NCBI RefSeq assembly: GCF_027921745.1
Contig: NC_079240.1
Location: forward strand, 434,001 to 498,000
DNA: 64,000 bases
Direction: 5' to 3'
From: Schizosaccharomyces osmophilus
Lineage: Eukaryota
The notes below the pieces were generated by a model. That model did no database searches. It saw only the letters and a program-made list of their open reading frames with translations, and had not been told where the DNA came from. The stretch's first letter is position 1, and each line of letters opens with the position of its first letter. Shown here one piece after another: positions 11,222 through 24,168 of the stretch. The position numbers and the translations under genes were made by a program.

Positions 11222-13267
11222 ATGAGTGAAAATGAGTCTGGTACAGGACAGATGCTTCATCAAAAGCGAAGCTTTTCTGAGCAAGACGATGGCTTCTATG
11301 AGGTAAACAAGGTTTCAAAAAAAGAACTTTTGGAACAATTACAAAGTAGCAGGCGATGTTATGAAGTCTCATCCAGAAAGTTGGAAAAACAAAAGATCGA
11401 ATTGTATGATAAATTACGGCACATCGCTTTTTTCCTTAGTTGGTGGCCTCTTATAGCTCAACAGTTTTACTGTATTTTCCAAAACCGCGAGTCTGCTGAT
11501 TTTGGGATTGAACAGTCGATTGCGCTCTTGGAGCAGACTCCTGATATGGAACATATAAAAAAATCGCTTCAGAATGAACAATCGGGGATTCATGCGATGC
11601 TAAATGATTCGTTTTCTCCAGAAATATTGGAAAAAGTAACGTCAACGCCTGACTTTCAATCTACGTTCACTTTTCCGTTGAAAGACGATTCCCAGTTAAG
11701 TGAAAGTAAAACGATCCTTGATTCTGAAATAGAAAGAGTAATGAACGATCTTCAATCTGCAGAGGGTCGCCTGCATAGTATTCTTAAGCTTCCCGATCGG
11801 TCTAGTAGCTACACATTACGATGCATCAATGAATCGGTAAGTTCGCATCCCCCTACGAAGAAAGAAAACCCAGTAAATGGAAAGGAAAAGGCTGCTTCAG
11901 TCGGTGAAGCTTTGGGGCAGCAATCTCAATTACAAGAGCTTTCCCGCTTACAAGAAGAGCAACAAGCCATAATGAATATATACTCTCAGCAGATGTCCTC
12001 TGTCGATTCCAAATTGAGTGAAATTGACAATATAATTATTAAACGAAAAAATGAGCTTGGAAGTGTTGACTGGGAACATCTCCAGAAAAGCCCTTCGTTA
12101 TTGAATTTAATGCATGTTATATCATTAACGTCTGCTCAATACGGGGCTCTTGAACAATTGTATATTGAATGCTTCGAGGATAGGGAGTTTTTTCTACATC
12201 AGAAGCGAAATTTTGATAATTATTCTAGGTCATATTATCAATCCGTATTGTCTGATTTTGAAACGCAGATTGTCGCACTACAAAAAGATGAACATCGAAT
12301 TGCACAAGCCAAAGCGGATCTTTTGAAAGCAAGTGGGAAAAAACAAGCAGGTTTAGATGAAAAGGTCGGCATTTTAACGGAGAAAACAGACAAACTCAAG
12401 GAATTGGATGCCCAAGTAGAAGAAACCAAGAAAAAAATAGAGTCAATAAACAATTCTGTCGGTGCCAAGTTACAAGAAAGAACGAAATCTTTACTTTTCC
12501 AAAGAGAGTTATCCAAATTTTTAACCCAAGAATTGGCTCATACGGAGCGGGCTTTCCGTTTAGCTAATCAACAAGTTTTAAAGAAAATTGATATGCGCAT
12601 GGAGGAATTAACTAACAGGTATAAAGTGGAAAAGGATAAGGCGGAGCAGAAATATTTTGTCACCATGAAATCCGGAGATAGTTTACATGCCGAGGTAAAA
12701 GCGCTACGTGAAAAATACAAGAAGACGGATGAATTTACCTCCAAAATGTTATATACCCAGCATCTGACTACTTTAGAAATTATCAAGTTAGAAGAAAGAA
12801 TTTCTGATTTATCTGAGGTTCGAAATACATCTTCGAGATATTCCGTCGAGTTTCAAGTTAAACAAGCAGCTCAAAATTTTACGATAGCTAGCCAAGAGAA
12901 AAAGGTGAACAACCTAGAGGGAATAATTAAAAAGGCGAAATCTGAATTAACCGATTTGAATGAACAATCGTCGTTGCTATCGTCAAATATTGTCTCCTTG
13001 GAAAAACGAAATGAGCATCATGAGTGGCAGAAGCGAAAGTTAAACGACAGTGCTGTATCTTCATCCGAAGAGGAAATGAAGATGTATAGAGCTATGTGTA
13101 AGTGTTCTGTTTGCAATTTTGAACGTTGGAAAAATTCAGCAATATCACTTTGTGGGCATGCTTTTTGTTATCAATGTGTACAAAAAAGAATAGAAACGCG
13201 TCAAAGACGCTGTCCAATATGTGGCCGAGGTTTTGGAGCTTCCGATGTTGTTCCTATGCAATTATAG
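11222..13267 (+). CDS. brl2: Bre1-family histone H2B E3 ubiquitin ligase
   Basis: Long coiled coil, KDKAEQKYF, and C-terminal C3HC4 RING (CSVC...CGHAFCYQC...RQRRCPICG). Confidence 0.85.
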   Translation: MSENESGTGQMLHQKRSFSEQDDGFYEVNKVSKKELLEQLQSSRRCYEVSSRKLEKQKIELYDKLRHIAFFLSWWPLIAQQFYCIFQNRESADFGIEQSIALLEQTPDMEHIKKSLQNEQSGIHAMLNDSFSPEILEKVTSTPDFQSTFTFPLKDDSQLSESKTILDSEIERVMNDLQSAEGRLHSILKLPDRSSSYTLRCINESVSSHPPTKKENPVNGKEKAASVGEALGQQSQLQELSRLQEEQQAIMNIYSQQMSSVDSKLSEIDNIIIKRKNELGSVDWEHLQKSPSLLNLMHVISLTSAQYGALEQLYIECFEDREFFLHQKRNFDNYSRSYYQSVLSDFETQIVALQKDEHRIAQAKADLLKASGKKQAGLDEKVGILTEKTDKLKELDAQVEETKKKIESINNSVGAKLQERTKSLLFQRELSKFLTQELAHTERAFRLANQQVLKKIDMRMEELTNRYKVEKDKAEQKYFVTMKSGDSLHAEVKALREKYKKTDEFTSKMLYTQHLTTLEIIKLEERISDLSEVRNTSSRYSVEFQVKQAAQNFTIASQEKKVNNLEGIIKKAKSELTDLNEQSSLLSSNIVSLEKRNEHHEWQKRKLNDSAVSSSEEEMKMYRAMCKCSVCNFERWKNSAISLCGHAFCYQCVQKRIETRQRRCPICGRGFGASDVVPMQL

Positions 13268-13514
13268 TTTGCTTGTCTTGCTACATATGTTATGTAAAGT
13301 ATTAAAATACGATGGTCGCTAAGTTACTACTTGTGAACAATTGATATGGGGGTTATTTAGGATTCATAACTAATTATTCTAATTTTGAAATACACATGTA
13401 AGCTGCATATAATTTTGGAATGTAGAATTAGTTAGTGTTACCTTTATTTAAACGTGCGAATTAATCATGAATCATTAAGCTTCTTGTGTAGTCTATATAA
13501 CAGAACCCAATGTT

Positions 13515-16500
13515 TTATTTTTGATCAGCAACAACGGCATTCTCTAACTGGGTCATTATCATACCGACTTTTTTAGAATACTGACGATGGAGGTCTTCCC
13601 TTCCACTTTTATTGGCATCCTTTATTAATCTTTGGTAATAAATACGAACCATCTGTTTCACATCTTGAATTAAGTCATTGGAAGGAGTAGCCATAAAGTT
13701 TTCGATAATCTTCTTAGCACCATTCTGATATATTCCAAACACTTTAGAAGCTTTTGGGAACGAAACATCACGCACGTTTGGTTGCAGAGACTTCAACACT
13801 TGAATTATTGTTGATATGTTCTTGAGCATTTGTAAACATGCACCTCGATTCATGGATTCTAATTTGTAAAACTTCGCATAAAGCAAGGAATCTAAAAATC
13901 CATTTATTCCATGGATTACAAAACTAAACATGAGTTAGAACTGGTCGATTATTATCATTTTAATACTTACTTTTGTTCCCATGCAGGTAAACAGTTTTTC
14001 AGTTTTAAGACTGTTGACACAATCGTAGCATTCAAATGCACGATAGAACCGTCAGGTCGACCTCTGTATTCGACCACGTAATCAGGAAGAGACACTGCTT
14101 CCTGAAGAGCGTTCATATATCGTAACCGTATCTCCATTCTTATTAGGAGTAGAGCATCAAATTTGGTTTGTTCAAGCTTGTCAAATAAGTCGGCATAAAC
14201 ACTAAAAAAAATTAGCATGGTTCTTTATATTTATATAACAAACCTTTTGAGTGAATTGGTTTTAGTAAACGGTATAATGCTACCGTTTAAGTCAACTTGG
14301 GATCGTCGCAAAACACCAGATAAATCGTCACGTTCTAGATAAATTGAAAAACATCTTTGAAGAATCCACTCCATGGAATTGTAGAAGTAAGAGAGTAACT
14401 CTATTAGATCGGAATCCTGACTAAGCACTGAGACAGGTAATTTCTTGTCTGCGATTAGCTGACCTTCGTATTGCAACAATCGCTTGTTTTCAGACATGCA
14501 TATTTCATCAAGATTGGCTGTATCCCTTTTACAATTTTTCATAAGGCGAACTAATTGGGGATGGATCAGATCATCATGTAACATTTGAAAACGAAGAGTG
14601 TCGTCGATATCCTCATGCTCCTCGTCAAACTTTCTAGATTCCTTTAATAACGCTGATCGGCATAAGTCTGGAAAGGTTAATATCGTCCTTGTCTATATAT
14701 TCTGACCATACCTGACATATAATCTGCACATCGAAGCTGAAAGCGGCTTAACAAATCTTTTAATAAATCATAAAACTCATTCAAATTAAGGGATATAGTT
14801 GGAAGATAATCCTGCAAATCTCGGATATATTCCACAACGTTTATATGGCACTGTTAAATTAGCAATCAATGATCACATTGATATTCACGTACTTTAAATA
14901 TGGGAAACTTTGAATAATCTCGCCAATTCGGAGATACACGAAAAGAATTAACGTCAGCCAAAATTTTTTCAAGATGACTAGACATAAAATTGAACAGTTG
15001 CGGCACGTAATGTCCTTGTAAAAATTCTGTAAGAAAATTGACGGCAACTTTTCTAGATAGGTGAGGGCTATAAAGTAAGTACTCAGAAGATTGTAGAGAA
15101 ATTGAACGTACTCTTCAAGGTAGATGATTGCATCTTCTAAAAAGCTCACTGTAGAAGAAAGCACGGAAGAAGCGTGAAATATCGATGGATCCACTAATAT
15201 TGGATGACCTGCCAATCGAGAAATATCTTTTGAGCCAGAAAAGAGTTCAATTGTAGAAACAGAAGCATTGGAGCGCTTAGCTAAGAAGCCAGGAGCAATT
15301 GATGTTACCAAACTGTTAACGTCTTTATGAAAAGTACTTCCATTTTCGACGGCAACTTCATTTGTAACGTCAAACAGTTTATCCGCCTGGTTTTGTCCCG
15401 GAAGATTGTAGATAGACAGTTCATCGCTTTGCTCAACATTTCCGATTTTCTCTGTAGTCTCGTTTTTGGACAATAGGTAATCACGAAGCAGCAACCTCAA
15501 TTCACCTACTATGGCTTGCACTAGAGGCTCGTATGTAAAAGCCTGAAAATCTGCCGCTTCAACTTCGGGCCCTTTTGGCGTTATAGAATGTTTAGGAGAT
15601 GCAGCATTGGATTTGAGAGATTGAGAAGCACTTATAGCATTTTGCGTTTCTGGACTCATCAAGTATCCATAAACTCCGCGGTGATGCATAACAATGCATC
15701 TGAATCGTAAAAATAACTCTTCGAAAAAGTCGGACAAGAGCTTCTGATCTGAGCACGATTCAGCATTCAATCCAAAGTCGGCGAAAGAACCAGGAAAGTT
15801 ACTGGCACGAGTATCTTTCGTATTCAAAGCGTACTTTGAAATGAACTCGCGAGATACGGTATCCACAATGGAAAATATTTCAGCAGATGTGCGAGACTTT
15901 AAGGCAGATATAGCGTTCGGTAATTTTCCTAGTAAATTAAGAGATTCCAAGATAATCCGCAGATCACGAAAGCTATTCTGGCCAAACCTCATCTCGACAC
16001 ATTGTGGAAGCTAAATATTAGCCTACTTCGTGATTTAAAATAATTCTTACCCCTAACGATAAAGACTTTCGTAAATAATTAAGCTGTTCATGTTGTTCAC
16101 GCTTAAGACCAGGTTCTGATTCGGCAAAAAAATTACGTAGAAAAAGAGGATCAAAAACTAAACACAGTTAGAACGCATCCTGTTGATAAATTAGCTTACT
16201 TCGTAGAGAACTAGAACTGCAAGAAGAGATGATGGGATAAGCTAAAGGTTTTTTAAGAAAGACAATGGAAATAAGGTCATCCGAAAGAATATCTTCCAGA
16301 TGAGATACTAATCCAATTAGGCGGCTTTTGAATTGTTCCACAACCAAAATTCCATCGAAAGCGGGATGCATTAAGCGTTCGCGAACGCGATGAACTAAGT
16401 TACAGAGATTATAATAGTCTTTAGCTTGTAATAGCTTCGGCGCTGTCTCAAAAACCTTATTTGCCTCGTTGATTTCCTTAAGAATCTCGATAATCTTTTG

Positions 16501-17095
16501 ATGCTGCGAGCTTCTTGTCATCACTTGCTGTAGATCTTTGATGTTGGCAACGCCTATATATTGTCGAGAGTTTTCCAGTGAACCCTTTAAAGTATTAATT
16601 CGAACAAGGCATCTTTGTATGCCGTCAATAATTTCTCCGTATGCCGATACACTTCGAGCAAAATCATCCTTGTGTTGATCGGCAACAGCTTGCAAAGAAG
16701 AACTCACTCTATCGTATACCCGTAAAAAAGATTTGTAATCTCTACCGAAAGAATCTTCATCTAGTAATTCGAGAGCAGTAGATATCGGACGATACTGTTT
16801 TACAACGTTAGCCATTGCTTCTGCAACTATGATTCTTACATCGTCGCGGCATAAATCTTTCCATTCATCCTCGATTTCTTGAACCAAAACTGATACTTGT
16901 TAGATACCTATTGGTTTCAATATATCACAAACATTTTAAATCGTGCATCTGCATTCCACGCATTGCACCTTCACCGCGCTTTTCGCGATCTGGTGCTGAC
17001 TTCGAGTTTCCATGCTTTTCAGGTGATACTAATCTTGAATGACTGCTGGTGGGATTCCCTTTCTTTTTGGAATTTGAGTAAAATCTAGTATCCAT
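13515..17095 (-). CDS. sec8: Exocyst subunit Sec8, multi-exon
   Basis: ATG 17095 (MDTRFYS); intron 16932-16890 joins in frame to ORF 16168..16887 (IEDEWKDL, PISTALELLDEDSFGRDY). Further exon ORFs lie at 14859..15992, 14231..14584, 13967..14218 and 13515..13931. Internal junctions were not all traced. Confidence 0.85.
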
Positions 17096-17841
17096 CAATT
17101 TCAATACTTTTGTATAAAAACGAGGTTTTATTTACTCTTCCAGAGATGGCGTATGTCAATGAATTGCCGAGCTAGAGCATTCTGTTTTATTTGCTTTAGC
17201 ACGTTTTAATATACACTCGAAAACGTACATTTAACCACCTTTGGTAGTCCACGCAATTCAGTTATTCTACTGAAGAATCAAAGCAAGTAAGTAGTAATTT
17301 CTGTAAAGTAGATTAGGTTGTTTTGTTGATTACCACAAGGGACGCGCTTAGTACATCGGCTGGATTACTAGCAGCGTAATCTGCAGATTTCCATTCGCTA
17401 TTAAAACAAGTCAAAGTACCGATGATATAACTACATACAAGTTAGAATGAAGAGGTGCTACAGGAAATGTAACAAAAGACTTACCCATGTGGGCACAAGA
17501 ACAACAGTGTTAAGCAAATCACCAAGTAGTATAAAAGAAATCATATTATCATAACCTATTCTACTTATATATTTACAACTCTTAGATCCTGCCCAAAAGC
17601 AACTGATCCGATTTGTACGCAGCATGCATAGAAAGAAAAGGGGAAAATGACATAAATCAACGATAAATATAATCATATTATAAGTTTTCGCATTAAAAGT
17701 TATTAGAGATGATATTTTAGCTTGAACAGAGAAAACCAATGACATTCTGTTACTGCCTTCTCAACATCATGATATACAAAATTAAGGTCCAAAAACGTTC
17801 GAATTTTTTATATTAAATTTTAGCCAGCAGTCGAATTACAA

Positions 17842-20829
17842 TCAAGTAGAAGCGTCTCCACAAGCAGCGTCTTCATCAGGAAAGTCAAACTCTTCGCCAA
17901 GCTCATCGCAAGCCTCAGTAAAATTATCTTCATAACCACGTTCAGCAACGTGCATTCCTTTTGATTCTCGATATATTTTAGAAAAATAAAGGCGTAAGGT
18001 GCGTAAACCTCGAACGTATCCTTTGTCGTACGAATCTGGGTGCTGTGGAGGGCAAGTCGCATCTGAAAGCATATTTTTATCTTCTGCAAAAACGCAATTC
18101 GCAAAATCGACAATTCTAATATCGATTTCTCTCGGAGTGGCTCCTTCGTGATCTAATGAACTACTGGATCCGTTGTTTGGTGAAGGTTCGCCATCATATA
18201 TAAATAAAAGAGAGCTCGCATATAATCTGGAACCTCTTAACAAACGAACAATCTGTTCCAGATGCCTCAATTTTCGTAAAATAGCAGGGATATGAAGTAT
18301 TAGTACGTGCTCATTATCCTCATCCTCCTCCGTCCATCCTAAAAATCGCATCAATGCAAGCTGAAACTCCTCACCTGCTTTTATATCCCTACCGACGTAC
18401 TTGTCCTCAAACGTGTACGATTGAAATCTTGAATGCCACACTTGCATCCCACATATTCTAACACCCAATACGCGAGATGTAGTCATAGCACACTTCTTGG
18501 TTTGAGATGCTTTCTTCTTTTCGGTAGCCATTATACCATATTGCCTGGTTCCCATCTTAACATCTAAAACACAAGGACGATTCATTCCACTTGTTAAATC
18601 TTCAATTACAATATAGCGTTCAATTTGAGTTGATCTAAGCAAGGCGTCAAGATCTTCTTCCGAGTGTTTTGATTCTTCATGTTCTTCAGGTAATGCCTTC
18701 GACAACATTGGAAATGAAGTCGTTCTATGCGCTCGATCATCTGCTAGACTATTATCGACAGCTTCAAGGGGAGGAGGATCTTCAAATGAGTCTTCGTTGT
18801 CCATGTCAAACATAGGGACTTCTGATGCATTTTTCTGGGCTTGCATCTTCTTACTATATTCAATGTATTTGGAGGATTTTGGCAAACCAGGTTTGCACTC
18901 ATAATCGCCCAGCATCTCAGATAAACGGGGGAATTCGTTTGACTCTGGCTCTTCCCATACAGCATCGGAAGAGTATCGTCTTTGGTTTCGAGGACATTTA
19001 TTCTGCTTACTTAAAGGATCATAGTCCATTTCTTCATTTTCCTCATCAACAGCAGTACACATATCATAACACTTATCCTCAACACTACAGGACAGACTCT
19101 TATTAGGATCAGCCTCAGAATTTCGCCTGGAACGAGAGTTATTATCATAAGGAAAAACATTAACAGTGTTATCTCTAAAAACAGAGGGTCTGCTCGATCG
19201 GTGCGTATTCCGTAGCTTGTAGCGAGAAGCTAGTGATTGGCGAGCATGCTTAGGGGCAAAGACTTCTTTCAACACTTGTTCACGCAATTTTCTATTTATT
19301 AACGTAGTACCCCAAGGCGTCTTTCGAGGCTGCGGAGAATCGGGATTGTTAGAAGATGGCCGATCATCTAAAGAGCTCGATTTGTTATGGTGGTTTTTTC
19401 CAGCACCGTATCGGCTATGATCAGGAAGCATCCATTCAGGAAAAATGTGTCGGTTTTGTTCTACGCTGACTTCCGGGATATATCCACAGGTTTGACGTTG
19501 AGACTGACCATAAATATTTTTCTTGTGAGTTTTAGAGGAAGACTGGGAAACGTCTTGATCCTTTCCAGCAGCGTCTGTATCTTCTTTGTTCTGATCTGTT
19601 TCAGTATGAGTGACATTCAAAACACCAATATACTTAGGAATAAATGGTAACAATTCAGGATGACAAGTCTCAATGGTTTCGTAAAAAGTATTTTCATTGC
19701 GAGTCAATGGCTTACAGACAGCTCTTCTAGAAAAGCGAAAAAAAGCCGTATGGCCACCGACTTGATGTTTAAAGGGTTCTAGTTGGACAGTGATGGGATA
19801 ATCAACATTCCAATTAAAGAAGGGATTTTCATCTGGGGGGGAAGAAGATTTTGAGGAAAACGAAGAACGAGGAGTAGATAAAGGGCTAGAACGAGGACGA
19901 GATAGAGAGCGATCAAATTCAAAAGATGCATCAGGTAAAAGAGGTAAATGTTGAGATGATTTAGTAGAGGGATGGTGAGGAATATACGTAGCGGTGGTCT
20001 TGGAATTGGTGGATCCCTCTTTACGACCTCGAGAAACCTTAGGAGTGGCAGTTAAAGAATCTTGAGGATTTGTATTGGATACATTGGGTTCAAGAAAACC
20101 GGGGGTAGAGTTTGAATGATAGTTTTGATGAGAGTATTTCGCAGATTGGTCAGGAACGGCAGGAGAAGCTCGTCCGACAGAATCACTTTCAGGGACAGGA
20201 TGCAAAGTGTTATTATTGCCATCTTTAGTATTTAAAGTCGAGGATGCAAACACACGTAATGATTTACTGGCTTTCCTTGCGGGATGAACGTCCGGGGATG
20301 CTTGAGAATCGTTAGCATCCGGATCCAGTGATGACGACTCCTGAATTTGGATTGAAGGTTCAGTAGTTGAGAAGGGGGATGGAGGGTGCATATCAGTAGA
20401 ATCGGTAGTCTGAAGAAGGTCTTTTAATGATTCATGAAAAGAAACTTGTTGATCGTTAGGACTATGTAGTCGATATTGATCAGAAGAACGTCGACTAAGT
20501 GGAGCGGTACGAGATTGTGGTTCATTTATTTGCGGATAGGAAGGATGTGAGGATACGGCAGCATGATGAACGGATGATAGATTTCTAGGAACATTGTTTT
20601 CGAAGTCAGATTTTGAAAACTGGTCACTTCGTCGTCTACCTGAAGACAAAACCTTTGAAGGATGTGTAGATTTTTGCAGCGAAAAATCTGAATTTGGTTC
20701 ACGATTTTTCATTTCTTTCGCAAGGAAACCGCTTTCTGGGCATTTTACCTTCTCTAATCTTCTCTCTGGATATTCGACGTCTCTGCCACCACACGAACTT
20801 GGCAGGTAACACTTTGATGTGTTCTGCAT
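17842..20829 (-). CDS. kcs1: Inositol hexakisphosphate / polyphosphate kinase Kcs1
   Basis: PFKHQVGGH, PCVLDVKMG (PxxxDxKxG), SSLL and IVDFAN motifs of the IPK family. Confidence 0.92.
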   Translation of the reverse strand: MQNTSKCYLPSSCGGRDVEYPERRLEKVKCPESGFLAKEMKNREPNSDFSLQKSTHPSKVLSSGRRRSDQFSKSDFENNVPRNLSSVHHAAVSSHPSYPQINEPQSRTAPLSRRSSDQYRLHSPNDQQVSFHESLKDLLQTTDSTDMHPPSPFSTTEPSIQIQESSSLDPDANDSQASPDVHPARKASKSLRVFASSTLNTKDGNNNTLHPVPESDSVGRASPAVPDQSAKYSHQNYHSNSTPGFLEPNVSNTNPQDSLTATPKVSRGRKEGSTNSKTTATYIPHHPSTKSSQHLPLLPDASFEFDRSLSRPRSSPLSTPRSSFSSKSSSPPDENPFFNWNVDYPITVQLEPFKHQVGGHTAFFRFSRRAVCKPLTRNENTFYETIETCHPELLPFIPKYIGVLNVTHTETDQNKEDTDAAGKDQDVSQSSSKTHKKNIYGQSQRQTCGYIPEVSVEQNRHIFPEWMLPDHSRYGAGKNHHNKSSSLDDRPSSNNPDSPQPRKTPWGTTLINRKLREQVLKEVFAPKHARQSLASRYKLRNTHRSSRPSVFRDNTVNVFPYDNNSRSRRNSEADPNKSLSCSVEDKCYDMCTAVDEENEEMDYDPLSKQNKCPRNQRRYSSDAVWEEPESNEFPRLSEMLGDYECKPGLPKSSKYIEYSKKMQAQKNASEVPMFDMDNEDSFEDPPPLEAVDNSLADDRAHRTTSFPMLSKALPEEHEESKHSEEDLDALLRSTQIERYIVIEDLTSGMNRPCVLDVKMGTRQYGIMATEKKKASQTKKCAMTTSRVLGVRICGMQVWHSRFQSYTFEDKYVGRDIKAGEEFQLALMRFLGWTEEDEDNEHVLILHIPAILRKLRHLEQIVRLLRGSRLYASSLLFIYDGEPSPNNGSSSSLDHEGATPREIDIRIVDFANCVFAEDKNMLSDATCPPQHPDSYDKGYVRGLRTLRLYFSKIYRESKGMHVAERGYEDNFTEACDELGEEFDFPDEDAACGDAST

Positions 20830-21226
20830 AAATTCATAAGTTGAGATTTTTAGTTAAGCAATTTCTGCTGTAATATCCCGGCTCTAAACCCCGAATTCGT
20901 CGAGTTGTTTTGTTTACTTCTTCATTCAGAGGCGTTTGGTTGTTGGTAAGTTGTTTGGATCAAGCTTCGCTACGTCTGAGTAACATTTGGCTTAAGTGGG
21001 GGTAAAAGGTAGCCACGCTTCAAGTCCGTATCATACTATTGCGACGTGTTTACGTACGTTGTCCCTTTTTTCGACGTTTACTGTAGTACCACTAAACCGA
21101 AATTTTAAAGAAAAAAAGGATTTAAAAATTTTTTTTCTACTTGATAAACTCTTTAGTCTTGGCAGTTGAAGAAAAAAATTAATTTTCTTCACAAACTAAA
21201 TAATTGAACAAAAGCAAACAAAAAAA

Positions 21227-21308
21227 CGACACCAGCAGGATTTGAACCTGCGCGCGGAGACCGCAATAGATTTCTAATCTATCCCTTTAACCACTCAGGC
21301 ATAGTGTC
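21227..21308 (-). tRNA. tRNA-Ser (anticodon AGA)
   Basis: Minus strand GACACTATGCCTGAGTGGTTAAAGG-GATAGA TT AGA AA TCTATT-long variable arm-GCAGGTTCAAATCCTGCTGGTGTCG; 82 nt, followed by an oligo-T terminator. Confidence 0.95.
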
Positions 21309-21688
21309 TTTCGTTGATAACCGCTACAACTTAACTTATTTATGGCATGTCCGTAAAAAAAAGTATGGGCTTCCATAAACGATACAAGAACATGATTGAT
21401 TGATATCTGGTGAAAGCGATTTGCATTGAAAAACTACATTAAATTTAAGACTTAATAAAGCTCTCTTCATAAATATGTGAGACAAACAAGCTGTTTCATG
21501 AATTGTATTGTCATCGCTCATGCTCGTTAACCATATACGGTAGTTTACCATAATTTATAATGAATCATTCAACTTGGTTCCTTTGTTTGCAACAACATTG
21601 TGGCAGCGCGAACCTGACAGGAACAAGAATGCAGGCTATGTAAAGGAATTTTTTTTTATGGTTCATCTAGGGATTGCTGGTAAGGAAA

Positions 21689-23632
21689 ATGCGTCTTTCA
21701 CCGACGAGTAGAAAGTCCTTATATAAACGCGAGACACATGGGTTACAAAAGATTAGTGTAACAAACGCGCATGGGAAGCTGTCTGACCTAGAGGACGTGT
21801 TTGAGTACGGGCCGTTTACTTTGACGGGGCTATTGGTAACAAATAAACGGGAGAATGGTCAGTTCAACGAGGATAATACGGTAGTTGGTCATTCCATTAA
21901 AATCTCTCCTATTTGGATGTACAGCTTGCATGATGAATCTAAAGAGGAAACAATGAGGGTATACATTCCAACGTTGAATCGTCGATATGTTATCTTGTCT
22001 TCTTCAACAGAGTATCAACCATATTATGAAGAAATATTGGAAAAAAATCGATTATTCTATATTCTAAAGAACAAATTCAAGCAAGACATGGTGCGAGGAC
22101 ATTTGCAAGATTATGATAGCTACATTTCCGTTGTGAGCAAAAAAATGAATTTTGCATCTGAGTACCATTCTATTTTACTAATTCAAAAACACCTTCGATT
22201 TTTATTATCGCAAATGACCAGCAATCATTCCCTTCATATATGGGCTGAATCACCTTTTTTGCAGCGAATTCGTTCTTCCTATGAGCATGTCATATATGAA
22301 ATTCATGCAAATATCCAAAATGTTCGCTTTCGGAGGAAAGATACGAAGCGATCGTCAGTTACTGAAAAGGAGAATCAAGACAGTCGCCCTCTGGAATCTC
22401 AAAAACCACTTTCCCTAGCTTTTCAACCCGTTCAACCAGTTCACGTGGCGTCCCTAAACATACAGCAACAACAGTTTTCTACGCAGACGCTTCCCGTACA
22501 ATACCCTCATAATGACTCTTGGCTTCCAGGTCTTCGGATTGTCGATCCAAATTTTGATGCTATTACCCTGTGGAAAGGAATACAAGAAGCGCAAGAAAAG
22601 TCAAACTTTTCTTCGATTTCTCTTGAGGAGGCATCCCAGTTGATTGCTAAAGAATCTCAAAGTACAAACTTGGAAGCAAAAACAAAAATTATAGGGCATG
22701 GAGAATCATTGTTACAAATGATGTATTTTACCCCTTCCTGGCGAGGATCAGTTTTGTTTAATGATTTAAAGCATGCTATTGGATATCGAACTACAATATA
22801 CCAAGCGAGAGTGCAATTTCGGGAGCGTTGCCGACAGCAGGCTCAACGATTCGATCATTCTGTCTTCAAATTTGAAAATGAAAATGTTGGCATTGATCCA
22901 TTTTCGAACAAATTAGAGCCTAGCAAAGTGTCTTTACCTTTGTATGATATTCTTCTTAAACAACTAAGTCTTGGTTTGCCGGGCGCAGATTATACGTACG
23001 CTCAATATGTGCGTCTGCTAAGTATGAAATATGCTGTACAACGAGAAAAAGTTGAAGATTTAATAATTAGCATTCTTCCTGAATTTTTGCAATGCTTTTC
23101 AAATGAATTAGGTTACTGGCCGGTGTTTTCTATTTATAGTTATTTATTTGAATGTTTGAGGAAATTATATCCTGATGTTCGCTGTAATATTCCTAATCTA
23201 TGGGACGAGGTGTGGCTCAATAAAAAGAATACTTTTTCGAATCTAGTTAAAGGCTCCCCAGTAACGACATCAGTTCCTGCTCCTTCCACTTCTATTCCAT
23301 TTAACTCTCGAGAGGCCGCGTCGAACTCAAACAAACTGAACTTGCTTCAGTATTCCGACGTTGAAGCTGAGAAACAAAGGCAGTATATGTTTTACGAGTT
23401 GCAGAAAGTTTATCCTGTCCAACTGGAATCTGATATACATTCAGGTATCTGGACTTGCCCCGTAAAGCGTTGTTTGTATTTCTCTGTTAACGAGAATCCG
23501 TTGAAGCCCAATCCTAATGTTTATGTACATTTGATAGGTCACATAAAATCCAAACCTGTGTTGCAGGATTTATCCGATACCATGAGTACTTTGACTGAAG
23601 AAATTGAAATGGTAAGTCATGAAATACAATGA
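21689..23632 (+). CDS. raf2: CLRC heterochromatin complex subunit Raf2 (Dos2/Clr7)
   Basis: N-terminal region resembles the Raf2 RFTS-like domain as I recall it (GPFTLTGLL, YQPYYEEILEKNRLFY). C-terminal C2H2 finger CPVKRC...HLIGH. Recalled synteny. First ATG at 21689. Confidence 0.8.
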   Translation: MRLSPTSRKSLYKRETHGLQKISVTNAHGKLSDLEDVFEYGPFTLTGLLVTNKRENGQFNEDNTVVGHSIKISPIWMYSLHDESKEETMRVYIPTLNRRYVILSSSTEYQPYYEEILEKNRLFYILKNKFKQDMVRGHLQDYDSYISVVSKKMNFASEYHSILLIQKHLRFLLSQMTSNHSLHIWAESPFLQRIRSSYEHVIYEIHANIQNVRFRRKDTKRSSVTEKENQDSRPLESQKPLSLAFQPVQPVHVASLNIQQQQFSTQTLPVQYPHNDSWLPGLRIVDPNFDAITLWKGIQEAQEKSNFSSISLEEASQLIAKESQSTNLEAKTKIIGHGESLLQMMYFTPSWRGSVLFNDLKHAIGYRTTIYQARVQFRERCRQQAQRFDHSVFKFENENVGIDPFSNKLEPSKVSLPLYDILLKQLSLGLPGADYTYAQYVRLLSMKYAVQREKVEDLIISILPEFLQCFSNELGYWPVFSIYSYLFECLRKLYPDVRCNIPNLWDEVWLNKKNTFSNLVKGSPVTTSVPAPSTSIPFNSREAASNSNKLNLLQYSDVEAEKQRQYMFYELQKVYPVQLESDIHSGIWTCPVKRCLYFSVNENPLKPNPNVYVHLIGHIKSKPVLQDLSDTMSTLTEEIEMVSHEIQ

Positions 23633-24168
23633 GTTGAAACATACGAGGGATACAACTTATAGATGACTTTTGAATGCACTGTTATTATTTATCAAAAGCC
23701 TTGGTTTTCAATTAGATACTATGAATATTAAAAGGTTTCTTAGAAGGGAATCGTTTTATGTAAAAAGGGGAAATTTTTAAAAGTATAAATTGAATTAATG
23801 TATGTCGAATAAGAGACATTATAAATCATAAGCAAAGTTAGACCATATAATAATAGATGGATGCCAAAGAATCATAAAAGCAGAGCAGCCAACATGAAAT
23901 CTCAATGCTGTAGATAACAATATGATATACGTATAGATGGCGTTATAAGTCAAACAAAAAAGTAAGTATCAACAAAAGAAGTACTGAAAAGTGGCATTGG
24001 GTCATGCGGTATCGTCTCTTTTTTAATATTTTACGGTTGACAAGCATGCCGAAGAAGTACGAGACCATCAAGTGGGCAAGAATTATGAAAAGGGAACATT
24101 AAACCCAACACTGGTTTTTTAGGTAACAGAAAGGAAGTCATGTGTAGGGGACAGAAAGGAAAACCAAT